Shown here piece by piece: positions 38,454 through 49,151 of a stretch of 64,000 bases of DNA. Positions within the stretch are counted from its first letter, which is position 1. Every line of letters begins with the position of its first letter. The stretch spans positions 116,102 through 180,101 of the forward strand of contig JAUHXF010000001.1 of assembly GCA_030427125.1 (NCBI GenBank), read 5' to 3'. The stretch is from a bacterium. GTDB taxonomy: Bacteria > Patescibacteriota > Saccharimonadia > Saccharimonadales > SZUA-47. A program made the translations under genes and the position numbers. The notes beneath the pieces are model-generated. The model saw only the letters and a list, made by a program, of their open reading frames with translations. It made no database searches and was not told where the DNA came from.

Positions 38454-39479
38454 ATGGAAACAAATACTTTCATTGAAGACGAAGTCGCATTTAGTTTGTT
38501 TCTTGGCGTACTGACTTTTGTGTTCGCGATGTTGTTAACGCCAATTTATACATACGTCGCCTACAAAAAGAAGCTCTGGAAGAAGCCGCGTACTCACTCT
38601 GTGACAGGTGACGAATTAAAAGTCATATCAAAGCTACGTATTAAGCGTAAGATTCCGCGCATGGCCGGAATCGTCACTATAGTCGCTGTTGCATTGACGA
38701 CGCTTTTCTTTAATCTAGATCGCGAACAGACGTGGCTGCCGCTAGCTGCACTAATCGGTGCGGGCTGCATTGGTATGATTGATGACTTAATCAATATCAA
38801 AGGTTTGGGTGGTAAAGTAGCCGGACTATCTGCGCCGTTGAAACTTGCAATGATTAGTACAGTTGGACTTATCGGTGCATGGTGGTTTTACTTCAAGCTT
38901 GATTTTGACTTGTTGCAAATTCCGTTTTACGACAGTATCTCGCTCGGGCTGCTTATTATTCCGGTTTTTGTATTTATCGTGATTGCGACGAGTAATGCAG
39001 TGAACATGACTGATGGGCTCGATGGGCTTGCAGGTGGTTTGTTGATTAATGCTTTTGGAGCATACGGCATTATTACTGCGATGCAAGGAAACTACGGTAT
39101 TGCAGCATTTTGTTTTTCTATCGTCGGTGCTCTCCTGTCGTATACGTGGTTTAATATCGCACCAGCTCGTTTCATAATGGGGGACATAGGTTCGTTTGCG
39201 CTAGGAACTGCTCTTGGTGTTGTTGCTATGCAGTCTAATACTTTATTGCTGCTCCCAGTAATTGGCTTTATTTTTGTATTAGAGGCAGGCTCTGTTCTGT
39301 TGCAGGTTCTATCAAAAAAGATCCTGAAACGAAAAATTTTTCGAGCTTCACCACTTCATCACCATTTAGAGTCTGGCGGGTGGCCCAAGACAAAAGTTAC
39401 TATGCGTTTCTGGATATTAAGCCAGATGTGCGCACTGTTTGGTGTGACGCTGGCGATTACCGGCGGCTTTATCTCATAG
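38454..39479 (+). CDS. mraY: phospho-N-acetylmuramoyl-pentapeptide transferase MraY
   Basis: NAVNMTDGLDGLAGG signature, a cytoplasmic HHH loop and ten predicted TM helices. Confidence 0.9.
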   Translation: METNTFIEDEVAFSLFLGVLTFVFAMLLTPIYTYVAYKKKLWKKPRTHSVTGDELKVISKLRIKRKIPRMAGIVTIVAVALTTLFFNLDREQTWLPLAALIGAGCIGMIDDLINIKGLGGKVAGLSAPLKLAMISTVGLIGAWWFYFKLDFDLLQIPFYDSISLGLLIIPVFVFIVIATSNAVNMTDGLDGLAGGLLINAFGAYGIITAMQGNYGIAAFCFSIVGALLSYTWFNIAPARFIMGDIGSFALGTALGVVAMQSNTLLLLPVIGFIFVLEAGSVLLQVLSKKILKRKIFRASPLHHHLESGGWPKTKVTMRFWILSQMCALFGVTLAITGGFIS

Positions 39480-39480
39480 T

Positions 39481-41004
39481 TTATAAATCGTAGATAACTT
39501 CTATATCGGCACCCAAGTTATTAAGCCGACGAGCAATATCCTCGTAGCCGCGATTGATCGTGTAGACGTTGCGAAGCATTGAAGTTCCAGGTGCAGCTAA
39601 CATGCCGATGAGGAGTAGGCTGGCCGGACGAAGCGCGGGTGGGCAGACGAGGTCTGCTGCACTGAATTTTGTTGGACCAGTTATGTAGACTCTATGCCGG
39701 TCAGCGAGATCGATGTTCGCTCCAATTTTTGAGAGTTCAGTGTAGTAGATTGCTCGATTTTCAAAAGACCAATCATGAATAAGTGTGCGACCTTTTGCGA
39801 TTGCAGCGATAGGTACGAAGTAAGGTAGATTATCCATGTTCAGCCCTGGGTATGGCCGACTGTAGATTTTTCCAGATGGGGCTTTGAGGCTTCCATTGTG
39901 TTTATGGACCGTTACATCAACGAGGTCTGTGAATCCGTTTTCTGCTTTGTAGCGCTTTGACTGCGTGAACGACGCGCCCATTTTTTCAAGCTTTAAGAGC
40001 TCGAGAGCCATAAAGTCAATCGGTACTCGATTAATTGTGATCTCAGAGTTAGTCGTGAGAGCGGTGCTGACAAAGAACATCGCTTCAATTGGGTCTTCAG
40101 CCGGGGCGTACACAATATCCTTTTTTATCTGACCTTTTACGCCAGTTATATGCAATGTTGTCGAGCCTTTGCCCTCAATCTTTACGCCGAGTGCTTCAAG
40201 ATACCCACACACGTCTTGGACCATATAATTTGCACTTGCAAATTGTAAGGTTAGCGATTTGTCGTCATGCGCCGCTGCCATCAACACATTTTCGGTGACT
40301 GTATCACCTGATTCATACATGATTATATGTTCAGGTTTTGCATACGTAGTTTCGACTTTATAGAATCTGTCTTTTGCCTCGATGTTTACACCGAAGTGTT
40401 CTAGGCCGTATAGGTGTGGTTGAACAGAACGTTCTCCCAACTTGCAGCCCCCTGCATATGGAATTTTGAATTCAGGTAGTTCATGCGCGAGAGCGCCAAT
40501 CATCATGAGCACAGAGCGAGTTTTACGCGCAGCCTTGCCATCTAATTGATCCATTTTAAGGGTCGCTGGGCGTTTTAGCTCCAGATCATTATTATCAAGC
40601 CAGCGCACTTTGACGCCAATACTCTCTAAGACTTCAATGATTCGGAATACTTCTTCGATGCGAGGGAATTTCTTAAAGGTTGTCGTACCCTTGTTGAGCA
40701 AGCTTGCACAGAGTAGAGCAACAGCGGCATTTTTACTTGTTTTGAGGGTGATTTCTCCTAACAGCTCTTTGCCACCCTTAATTTTGAGATTTACACCTTG
40801 GTTTCCTACCGATATGAGCGGTTTCTGCAATACGTCGCTAATTCGACTTAGCATATCGAGGCTGAGATTTTGGCCACCTTTTTCTATACGATTGACGGCT
40901 GACTGGGAAGTTTGTAATTTCTTTGCAAATTCTGCCTGTGTGAGTCCTCGTATCTGTCGTATCTCAGAAATGAGAGCACCAAGTCGTTGATTGGGATCAT
41001 TCAT
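39481..41004 (-). CDS. murA: UDP-N-acetylglucosamine 1-carboxyvinyltransferase MurA with fused N-terminal XRE-family HTH domain
   Basis: Residues ~10–65 are an XRE HTH (IRGLTQAEFAKKL…VNRIEKG…LSLDMLSRIS). The remainder is MurA, including the active-site loop KIPYAGGCKLGERSVQPH with the catalytic Cys. 507 aa in a single ORF. Confidence 0.8.
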   Translation of the reverse strand: MNDPNQRLGALISEIRQIRGLTQAEFAKKLQTSQSAVNRIEKGGQNLSLDMLSRISDVLQKPLISVGNQGVNLKIKGGKELLGEITLKTSKNAAVALLCASLLNKGTTTFKKFPRIEEVFRIIEVLESIGVKVRWLDNNDLELKRPATLKMDQLDGKAARKTRSVLMMIGALAHELPEFKIPYAGGCKLGERSVQPHLYGLEHFGVNIEAKDRFYKVETTYAKPEHIIMYESGDTVTENVLMAAAHDDKSLTLQFASANYMVQDVCGYLEALGVKIEGKGSTTLHITGVKGQIKKDIVYAPAEDPIEAMFFVSTALTTNSEITINRVPIDFMALELLKLEKMGASFTQSKRYKAENGFTDLVDVTVHKHNGSLKAPSGKIYSRPYPGLNMDNLPYFVPIAAIAKGRTLIHDWSFENRAIYYTELSKIGANIDLADRHRVYITGPTKFSAADLVCPPALRPASLLLIGMLAAPGTSMLRNVYTINRGYEDIARRLNNLGADIEVIYDL

Positions 41005-41167
41005 GCATAACAGTATAACATTTCAGATGATGCATATACCATACATGATATATTGTGTATTTTACGTGTACTCGAACACTATAACTGGGGTATACTTTTT
41101 TTATGATTTAGCGTATTTCTCCAGCAACAGAAATTGGTAAGAGATAGTAATTATTGGAGGGACAGAT

Positions 41168-42445
41168 ATGAATGATTTTCCGTTCATCGCAGATGAAGAA
41201 ATTCAAGAACTAGCAAAAAAAGAAGCCGAGCGTCAGGCAAATGGCCTAGAGATGATTCCGAGTGAGAACCACACATCGGAAGCTGTGCTCAACGTGCTTG
41301 GTTCACGGCTGACTGATAAGTATTCAGAGGGTTACCCTGGTGCGCGTTATTATGGCGGCTGTGAAATTGTTGATCAAGTCGAAAATATAGCTATAGAGCG
41401 GGCAAAAGAATTGTTTGGTGTAACACACGCGAATGTACAGGCATATTCAGGTTCACCTGCTAATCAAGCAGTGTATTTCGCATTACTAGAACCTGGTGAT
41501 ACTGTGCTAGGAATGCATCTTTTTTACGGTGGTCACATGACGCATGGTTTGAAAGTGAATTTTTCAGGGACGTTATACAATTCAGTTCAATATCATACCG
41601 ATAAGTCGGGATTTATTGATTATGATGAAGTCGCCAAAATGGCAAGGGAACACAAGCCGAAGCTAATTGTAGGTGGCTATACTGCGTATCCACGAAAAGT
41701 AGACTGGAAAAAGCTTCGAGAAATTGCTGATTCTGTTGATGCTTTTCTACTCGCGGATATTTCTCATATTAGTGCGTTAGTTGTGAGTGGTGATCACCCA
41801 TCTCCGGTCGGCATTGCAGACGTGGTGATGACAACGACTCACAAGGGTATGCGGGGCCCGCGAGGGGCACTCATTTTGTGTAACGGAAATCCTTCGACGC
41901 CACTTAAAAAGTTAGAGAAAACTAAGGAAAACATACCGTCTTTGATTGATCGAGCAATTATTCCTGGACTTCAAGGAGGGCCGCACAATCACCAAACGGC
42001 CGGAATTGCTGTTGCACTCAAGCAAGCACTGCAGCCGGAGTTTAAAGAGTACGGTCATCAAGTAGCTAAAAATGCAAAGGTTCTCGCTGATGAACTAATG
42101 AAGCGTGGCTTTGAATTAGTAACTGGCGGTACTGACACGCATCTCATGGTAATCGACATGAACAATAAAGGTTTGAGCGGCAAAGAAGCAGAAAAAGCCC
42201 TCGGTAAGGCTGGCATTACCGTGAATAAGAATACGGTGCCATTTGATCCTAGAAGTCCGTTTGATCCAAGTGGCATACGACTTGGAACGCCGGCGTTGAC
42301 AACACGAGGCATGAAAGAAAAAGAAATGGTACAGGTAGCTGCGTGGATTGATGAAGCTGTTCAGCATGCTGATGATGATGCGCATCTCAAAAACATGCAT
42401 AAGGAAATTACGAAATTCACAAAAGATTTCCCGTTGCCTAGCTAG
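41168..42445 (+). CDS. glyA: serine hydroxymethyltransferase
   Basis: PLP-Lys motif TTTHKGMRGPRGALI. Confidence 0.95.
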   Translation: MNDFPFIADEEIQELAKKEAERQANGLEMIPSENHTSEAVLNVLGSRLTDKYSEGYPGARYYGGCEIVDQVENIAIERAKELFGVTHANVQAYSGSPANQAVYFALLEPGDTVLGMHLFYGGHMTHGLKVNFSGTLYNSVQYHTDKSGFIDYDEVAKMAREHKPKLIVGGYTAYPRKVDWKKLREIADSVDAFLLADISHISALVVSGDHPSPVGIADVVMTTTHKGMRGPRGALILCNGNPSTPLKKLEKTKENIPSLIDRAIIPGLQGGPHNHQTAGIAVALKQALQPEFKEYGHQVAKNAKVLADELMKRGFELVTGGTDTHLMVIDMNNKGLSGKEAEKALGKAGITVNKNTVPFDPRSPFDPSGIRLGTPALTTRGMKEKEMVQVAAWIDEAVQHADDDAHLKNMHKEITKFTKDFPLPS

Positions 42446-43104
42446 AATTGAATTGGTTCGCCGAGGACTGTATCTTCTCCGATTATATTGGCGTTAAACA
42501 CTGCCTTTGTGCGAGCGAAGACTTCGCGCATGCTTTGGCCGATAAATCTACGTGGTGAGCTTCCGACGCCTTCTGCTTTTACACCAAACGTATCGATACC
42601 GAAATGCTCACACAAATAGATCGCACGGGGTAGGTGGGTTTGTTGCGAAATAAGTATAGCTGAATCGATGTTGAAAATTTTTGCGGCTCTTTCACAAGAC
42701 TCGAAGGTGCTTCTACCTGCTAAATCTTGCTGCATAGCACTACGTGGTACGCCGCGCTCGTATAGGTAATTCTCCATGACTTGTGGCTCATTGTAGGCAA
42801 GCGTTCGGTTGTCACCTGTGAGTAAGAGCTTTTTAATTTTGCCATCTTTGTACAGTTTGTACGCCGTATTGAGCCGGTCCTGTAATGGGTCCAGCGGACC
42901 TTCGTCTGTAAATCCTGCACCAAAGACTATGCCGACTCGTTTGTCATCGAAAGTGTCATCAATGCTGTATACAGACGAGACTTCCTTTTGAACAATCAAG
43001 AATGACCCGAGTACAAATGCTAATGCCAAACCCACTGCGAGCAAGATCAGCTCTTTTATATTAGATGTAATATATAGAAATCCTCGCTCAATCACCGAAA
43101 TCAC
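42442..43104 (-). CDS. SanA/YdcF (DUF218) family membrane-anchored protein
   Basis: N-terminal TM and a DUF218 core (…KKLLLTGDN…LISQQTHLPRA…). Confidence 0.55.
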   Translation of the reverse strand: MISVIERGFLYITSNIKELILLAVGLALAFVLGSFLIVQKEVSSVYSIDDTFDDKRVGIVFGAGFTDEGPLDPLQDRLNTAYKLYKDGKIKKLLLTGDNRTLAYNEPQVMENYLYERGVPRSAMQQDLAGRSTFESCERAAKIFNIDSAILISQQTHLPRAIYLCEHFGIDTFGVKAEGVGSSPRRFIGQSMREVFARTKAVFNANIIGEDTVLGEPIQF

Positions 43105-44158
43105 CTAATAGTCGAACTTCAGCTTCAAGCTCTATCGCTAGCTTTTGTCTCACCGTTGCTTGAATCAGTTTCATGACTGCATGTACGTCTTGTGCGGTAG
43201 CACCAGGTAGCGCTTCAATTTTTAAGACATTATTCTCGTGTAAACGTACGTTCCCCCATGCTTGACCTCGTTTGAACCCAGCAGCCAACAGTACGTGAGC
43301 GGCTGACACTTTTTGTTCGTTGCCAGCATGTGTTGCATTCATTTTACGGATTTCGCTACTAGTTTTACCGCTTTCATCAAAAGTAATTATTTCTGCAGCT
43401 TTTTCAGGAGTAACAAGTATGTTCTTGAAAAATGAGCCAGCAGTTCGATGCGCTTGTTTATCTTCAGGATTCCAAAGAGAACCTGCTCGTCGACGGGCTT
43501 CGATAATGACCTCCCGACGTGTTTGCAGCTTGTCGAGAGAGACACTCCTCTCTTCAGCTATATCGATAGCTTTCTGGTAGGTGACGTCCGTAGTCTGTTT
43601 CCTTGCTAGCTGCAGACATACTCTCAGAATAATCAAATTCTTACCGGCGTCTGTCTGAAAAATAGATTGTTTGTAGTCCCATGATAGGTCATCTTTGGTG
43701 AGTTTCATTATCGAAGACGTTGTCCGGTCCCATACCTCGATCCACTCAGCAACCGTACCAACAGACTGGCCATATGCAGTGATGTTGATAAATACAGATG
43801 CACCCACGCTGCCAGGAACTTTGCTCATCAACTCAATGCCCCACAAGTTGTGCTCAATTGCTTGTTTGACGACGTCATCCCACCACGCTCCAGCATCAGC
43901 AATGATCTGTGCTTTTGTCGGGTCAACTGATATTTCACCACCACGTATACATATCGTCATACCAGGCAATCCCTTATCAGATATTAGACAATTGCTTCCG
44001 TAGCCGATAGTCCACAGCTGTGTATCAGACAGTGTGCATTGCAAAGCCTCGGTTAGTTCATCTGCATTATGTACGAGTGCAAAATTCTCAGCCATACCAC
44101 CAACACCGAATGAGGTGTATGGTGCTAACTCAACGTCTTGTTTGATATGAAAAGACAT
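43088..44158 (-). CDS. murB: UDP-N-acetylenolpyruvoylglucosamine reductase MurB
   Basis: FAD-binding N-terminus (LAPYTSFGVGGMAE) and a MurB C-terminal domain. Confidence 0.8.
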   Translation of the reverse strand: MSFHIKQDVELAPYTSFGVGGMAENFALVHNADELTEALQCTLSDTQLWTIGYGSNCLISDKGLPGMTICIRGGEISVDPTKAQIIADAGAWWDDVVKQAIEHNLWGIELMSKVPGSVGASVFINITAYGQSVGTVAEWIEVWDRTTSSIMKLTKDDLSWDYKQSIFQTDAGKNLIILRVCLQLARKQTTDVTYQKAIDIAEERSVSLDKLQTRREVIIEARRRAGSLWNPEDKQAHRTAGSFFKNILVTPEKAAEIITFDESGKTSSEIRKMNATHAGNEQKVSAAHVLLAAGFKRGQAWGNVRLHENNVLKIEALPGATAQDVHAVMKLIQATVRQKLAIELEAEVRLLGDFGD

Positions 44159-44218
44159 ATGTCAGATTATACCTTGTTTACTCATCTTGTTATACCTGAT
44201 TTAAAGAGGTAAAATAGA

Positions 44219-44788
44219 TTGACAATGGGAAATGAAAAAACGCCGTATAAGCAATTCGGACTTGAGTTAAAACGGCTACGATCAAAAGCCGCCAAAACGC
44301 CAGCGGAAGTTTCTGGGGCTATTGAGATTGACGAAATTCGACTTGCTAAATTTGAAAATGGTGAGCTACGACCAAGCGAAGATATTCTTCATCTTTTACT
44401 GCAGCATTTTGATATTCAAGGTTCAAAAGCAGAAGAATTATGGAAGCTGGCAGGATATGGCAGTTCACAGACTCCAGAGCAAATCTTCATGCAGGATGAT
44501 TTTGGCACGGCCGTTGAAGAGGTTGCAATGCAGCTTGCCGCTCAGGACAATAGAATTGTCTACACGGATATGCTCCAGGTAATGGTGAATAACTATGGCG
44601 TTATTATGAATTTTATGCAGGGTGCAGGAACTGGCAATCAACCGCTCGCAGTTGCTCGTGTAGGCATGAGCAAAGAACATGCACGCACCGTTATAGATGT
44701 ATTGCAACGTACACTTGACGAGGCTGATAAGCCATCAAAACCAAAACAAATTTCACCGGGAAATAACGCGTCTGAAAAGAAGAGGTAG
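44219..44788 (+). CDS. XRE-like HTH domain protein (putative transcriptional regulator)
   Basis: N-terminal HTH-like segment. The C-terminal part is unassigned. Confidence 0.35.
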   Translation: MTMGNEKTPYKQFGLELKRLRSKAAKTPAEVSGAIEIDEIRLAKFENGELRPSEDILHLLLQHFDIQGSKAEELWKLAGYGSSQTPEQIFMQDDFGTAVEEVAMQLAAQDNRIVYTDMLQVMVNNYGVIMNFMQGAGTGNQPLAVARVGMSKEHARTVIDVLQRTLDEADKPSKPKQISPGNNASEKKR

Positions 44789-44791
44789 CGT

Positions 44792-46261
44792 ATGCTGCCA
44801 GATTTGAGTAGCGGATGGCAAGTCCTACTATTTATATGGTTTATTTTTGAGTGGATATTGCGTTTGGTGATGCTCTACGTCGTTCCGAAGCGCAAATCTC
44901 CTGCAGCAGCAAATGGATTTCTCCTCCTCATTATGCTGTTGCCGGTGCCAGGAACCATTATTTTTGTAATGTTTGCTAATCCAAAACTGCCACAAATACG
45001 TCGTGATAAACAGCGTGAAGTTGACCAGTTGACGCAAAAAGAACTCGATGAGATCCAACAAAACCACACAGGGATCATCACAAAGCCATCAAATGAAACA
45101 CATAATTCTATAGCACGTCTTGGTTCAGTTTTAGGTGGTTTGCCGCCAATGAGCGGTAATAGCGTCCAGTTGAGTACTGATTATGAGGGTGGTCTTAAAG
45201 AGATTGCGAAAGCCATTGACAAGGCAGAGCAGTACGTACATATAGAATATTTCATTATCGTGCTCGATGAGTCAACAGAGCCAATTTTTAAAGCATTGGA
45301 GGGAGCGGTAAAAAGAGGCGTTAGTGTGCGGGTGCTATACGACAAATTGGTTTCAAGAAGCTATCCGCGACACAAAGAAATGATTGAAAGACTTACAAAC
45401 GCTGGCGTACAGCATCATCAAATGATTCCTTTGAGTCTTATGCCAGGGAAGTATTTTACACGTCCCGACCTGCGCAATCACCGGAAAATAGTTGTCATTG
45501 ATGGGTCGGTTGCATTTACTGGATCGCAGAATATAGTACAGCGAAACTATCATCGAAAAGATGACTTGGTGTATGAAGAATTGTTGCTGAGAATCGAAGG
45601 ACCAGCTGTATGGCAGATGAACAATGTATTCCGGTCGGATTGGTTTCCTGAGACGGGTGACACACTCGTAGACCTCGTAGAAGATGAGGATATGCCAAGC
45701 AAAGCTGGTGACGTTATCGCGCAGGTACTACCGAGTGGTCCATCGCACGACGAGGAAAATAATCTGCGCTTCTACACATCTATGGTGCACGCTGCAAAAA
45801 AACGGGTTAGTATCGTCGTACCATATTTTGTTCCTGATGATTCCTTTCTGGATGCACTTACAACTGCAGCTCAGCGCGGTGTTGAAGTTGTCATTATTAA
45901 TTCGGCCATAATCGACAAGGTTATCGTTGGCCATGCACAGCGCTCGTATTATGAGGAGCTATTGCAGGCTGGCGTGAAAATACATTTATACAAGTGGCCG
46001 GTGTTTTTGCATACGAAACAGGTCATTATTGACGATGAGGTTGCAATTATTGGATCGAGTAACCTCGACGTGCGATCTTTTGCATTGGACCTTGAGCTGA
46101 ATGTTATCTTGTATGACCAAAAAACAGTGAAAGAATTATTGAACATAGAGGGTGAGTATATTAAGAAGTCTGATCCTGTGCTCATGAAGCACTGGATAGC
46201 GCGCCCGCTTAAACATAAGATCTTAGAAAGTCTAGCTCGCATAACTGCACCGCTGCAGTAG
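44792..46261 (+). CDS. cls: cardiolipin synthase (phospholipase D family)
   Basis: Two N-terminal TM helices and two HKD motifs (HRKIVVIDGSVAFTGSQN and HTKQVIIDDEVAIIGSSN). Confidence 0.85.
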   Translation: MLPDLSSGWQVLLFIWFIFEWILRLVMLYVVPKRKSPAAANGFLLLIMLLPVPGTIIFVMFANPKLPQIRRDKQREVDQLTQKELDEIQQNHTGIITKPSNETHNSIARLGSVLGGLPPMSGNSVQLSTDYEGGLKEIAKAIDKAEQYVHIEYFIIVLDESTEPIFKALEGAVKRGVSVRVLYDKLVSRSYPRHKEMIERLTNAGVQHHQMIPLSLMPGKYFTRPDLRNHRKIVVIDGSVAFTGSQNIVQRNYHRKDDLVYEELLLRIEGPAVWQMNNVFRSDWFPETGDTLVDLVEDEDMPSKAGDVIAQVLPSGPSHDEENNLRFYTSMVHAAKKRVSIVVPYFVPDDSFLDALTTAAQRGVEVVIINSAIIDKVIVGHAQRSYYEELLQAGVKIHLYKWPVFLHTKQVIIDDEVAIIGSSNLDVRSFALDLELNVILYDQKTVKELLNIEGEYIKKSDPVLMKHWIARPLKHKILESLARITAPLQ

Positions 46262-46262
46262 A

Positions 46263-47489
46263 GTGATTTGTATGATTAAAACTATTGCAGAAGCTGAAGC
46301 AATTCTACGAACGTATGTACCTGCAGTATCTAAAACTGGCGATGATCAGTCACTAGAGCGTATGTGGCCTGCGCTGCAAGTGGCAGGCAATCCGCATGAG
46401 GCTTTACGGGTAGTTCACGTTGCCGGGACAAGCGGTAAGACTTCAACGAGCTACTATATAGCTGCACAGCTAGCAGCAAGCGGCAAAAAGGTTGGCCTAA
46501 CCGTATCGCCGCATGTAGATACGATAACTGAGCGTTTGCAGATTAATGGTGAGCCAATTAGCAACGAAAGCTTCTGCTCGTACTTAGAAGAGTTTCTACA
46601 GCTTGTTGACGGAATTGAATTAAGTTACTTTGAGCTATTGATTGTATTTGTGCTTTGGGTGTTTGCGCGTGAACATGTTGATTATGTTGTATTGGAAACA
46701 GGCATGGGGGGTCTGTTTGACGGAACAAACGTTGTTACAAGGAAGGATAAAGTGTGCGTCATTACAGATATTGGCTACGATCACATGAATATACTTGGTA
46801 ACACCTTAGAGCAAATAGCTTTTCAGAAGGCGGGTATTGTGCACGAAAGGAATGTTGTATTTTCACAGCAGCAGGAGCCTGAAGCTGCAAAGGTTATTAA
46901 CACACATTGCGCGAAAATGAATGCAGAACTACATGTAATTACGAAAGAAATTGCAAAAAATTCGCAATCTAACTCTTATCAGTCTCGAAATTGGCTGCTT
47001 GCTCGCATGGTGGCGGACTATATAGCAATGAGAGACGGGTTGAAGCTTGCGAAGATTGACCCTTCGAGTATTACTATTCCTGGGAGAATAGAAAAAAAGG
47101 TTTTAGTAGACGGCTCAATCTTACTTATGGATGGCGCGCATAATGGTCAGAAAATGACTGCTTTTGTAGAAAGTGTCCAGTCGCAATATCCCAACCGGGA
47201 TGCAACGGTGTTGCTCGCCCTAAAGCAAGGCAAAGAAGTTAGAGAGGTATTGCAGGCACTCAAGCCGATAGCAGGTAAACTCATTATCACAGAGTTTACG
47301 AGTTACCAGGATTTACCATTTAAAGCTATATCTGCTACGGCTATTGCTGAACAAGCAACGGTACAGGGTATGGATGCTGCCATTGTGCACGATTATGCGA
47401 AAGCACTTGAAGCCCTTTTCAGCAATGATGGCCTTAAAATCATAACCGGATCTTTTTATTTGCTCTCAGATATACGCAAACTTCTTTAG
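46263..47489 (+). CDS. folC: folylpolyglutamate synthase/dihydrofolate synthase (Mur ligase family)
   Basis: VVHVAGTSGKTST P-loop and FolC-like domain order. Confidence 0.7.
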   Translation: MICMIKTIAEAEAILRTYVPAVSKTGDDQSLERMWPALQVAGNPHEALRVVHVAGTSGKTSTSYYIAAQLAASGKKVGLTVSPHVDTITERLQINGEPISNESFCSYLEEFLQLVDGIELSYFELLIVFVLWVFAREHVDYVVLETGMGGLFDGTNVVTRKDKVCVITDIGYDHMNILGNTLEQIAFQKAGIVHERNVVFSQQQEPEAAKVINTHCAKMNAELHVITKEIAKNSQSNSYQSRNWLLARMVADYIAMRDGLKLAKIDPSSITIPGRIEKKVLVDGSILLMDGAHNGQKMTAFVESVQSQYPNRDATVLLALKQGKEVREVLQALKPIAGKLIITEFTSYQDLPFKAISATAIAEQATVQGMDAAIVHDYAKALEALFSNDGLKIITGSFYLLSDIRKLL

Positions 47490-47554
47490 TGCCAACAAGC
47501 ATAAAAGTACAGTTTACGCACAAAAACATTCATTGAAGTAATATAATAAAACTA

Positions 47555-48043
47555 ATGAATGCTGTAAAAAAAGAGTACCTACAAAGTTCTATCTTTGGTT
47601 TTAATGATGCGCTTGTTTCAACGACTGGTGTAATCGTTGGCGTTAGCACGGGAACAAATGACAAATCTATCGTAATTCTTGCTGGGGTAGTGACAATTTT
47701 AGTTGAAGCACTGTCTATGGGTGCTGGCCAATACTCCAGTTCAAAATCCATACATCAATTAGATAAAATAGATACATTCAAGGTACCAGTTATTAGTGGC
47801 GCAATTATGTTTATTTCTTATTTTTTGGGTGGGCTCGTGCCGCTGCTACCCATCTTGCTCTTTCCTATGGAATATTCTCGAGATGTCGCAATTATCGCAT
47901 CGTTAGTGGGGTTATTCGTGCTGGGATTTTACAAAGGGAAAATTGTAAAAGTTTCTCCACTGAAAAGTGCACTAGAGATATTGATTATCGGTGGCATTGC
48001 AACCGCGATTGGTATCATAGTAGGAAATATTTTAGCAGTATAA
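47555..48043 (+). CDS. VIT1/CCC1-family membrane protein (second copy)
   Basis: FGFNDALVSTTGVIVGVS signature. Paralogous to 34272..34805. Confidence 0.55.
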   Translation: MNAVKKEYLQSSIFGFNDALVSTTGVIVGVSTGTNDKSIVILAGVVTILVEALSMGAGQYSSSKSIHQLDKIDTFKVPVISGAIMFISYFLGGLVPLLPILLFPMEYSRDVAIIASLVGLFVLGFYKGKIVKVSPLKSALEILIIGGIATAIGIIVGNILAV

Positions 48044-48270
48044 TATTAAGTCAAGGTCGAGGGCCTGGTGGGATTACCGCTGCGCTTTTCTAGTAAAAAC
48101 TGCGTATTTTTACTTGTATTTCATCTAACTGACTCTACCACTTCGTAGTGGCTAGGTTATCGAATCAATAAATTTCCAACTTAAAAACCCGACACAAGGT
48201 CAGGTTTGTAAGTTGGAGGGCCACCGTACTTCTTGTTGCAACCAAAATTAAGGCGCAGACTGTCTAGCGA

Positions 48271-49149
48271 TTAGCGTGCAGACCAAGTACTACCGTTATC
48301 GGTGCTTTGGAAAATCTTGAGTGATTTTGTTATGAGGTATGACTTTGTTGGCTCTGAAGCAGAAGATGCAATGTAGAGCACAGTGTCGGATGTGCTGAAG
48401 TCGCTCTTCTCCCAAGTTTCGCCATTGTCGATGGACGTCACTAATCCCTGTGCGCTCGTATTAGCAATCATCTGACCTGATACAGGATTAACCTCAATGG
48501 CAATAACTGTCTCGCCTTCGAAAGCAGCTAGCTCCCATGTGTTACCTTGATCGTTGCTTCTATAGAGCCCATTCGTTGTTGCGGCGTATATTTGGTCTTG
48601 TTTGTTTCCTGCGCTGAGCTGAATGATCTGATCGGGAGCATCATTGAGATATTCCCATGATTCGCCACCATCAAGAGTTCGCTGAAGCGCTCCCGCATAG
48701 TAGCCGTAGATATGGTCACCGTTCGCTGAATCAACAGCCATTGTGTGAAAGTCGACTGGTCCATTTAGACCTTCTGAAACATCTTGCCATGTCACACCAC
48801 CATCAACCGACTTAATAAGTCCAAAGTTGCCCCCTGCTCGTGGGTGTCCGCTTGCATAAAATACGTTTTCATCAGAGGGATGAACGGCAAAACTCATCAA
48901 ATCATCGGATATTTCACTTTGCTTCTTAATTTCTCCGTCAGATTCTTGCACGTACAAGCCCTGATGATTAGGCAGATAGAGTCGATCTGGATCGTTAATA
49001 TCTACCTCAAGCCCATGAATGTCTGATAGCGTTAGCGTTTCAGTGTCGGACGCCTCATTTGTGTCGGTGCTATCGCTACTTGAAAGAGAGAAGAGCCCGA
49101 ATAGGACGATAACAACTCCAATGACTCCCCAAAAAATCTTGTTATTCAT
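48271..49149 (-). CDS. BNR/Asp-box repeat beta-propeller protein (Ycf48/sialidase-like), membrane-anchored
   Basis: Five S-x-D-x-G-x-T-W boxes (SVDGGVTW, TLDGGESW, SNDQGNTW, SIDNGETW, STDNGSTW) and an N-terminal TM helix. Confidence 0.6.
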   Translation of the reverse strand: MNNKIFWGVIGVVIVLFGLFSLSSSDSTDTNEASDTETLTLSDIHGLEVDINDPDRLYLPNHQGLYVQESDGEIKKQSEISDDLMSFAVHPSDENVFYASGHPRAGGNFGLIKSVDGGVTWQDVSEGLNGPVDFHTMAVDSANGDHIYGYYAGALQRTLDGGESWEYLNDAPDQIIQLSAGNKQDQIYAATTNGLYRSNDQGNTWELAAFEGETVIAIEVNPVSGQMIANTSAQGLVTSIDNGETWEKSDFSTSDTVLYIASSASEPTKSYLITKSLKIFQSTDNGSTWSAR

Positions 49150-49151
49150 CT

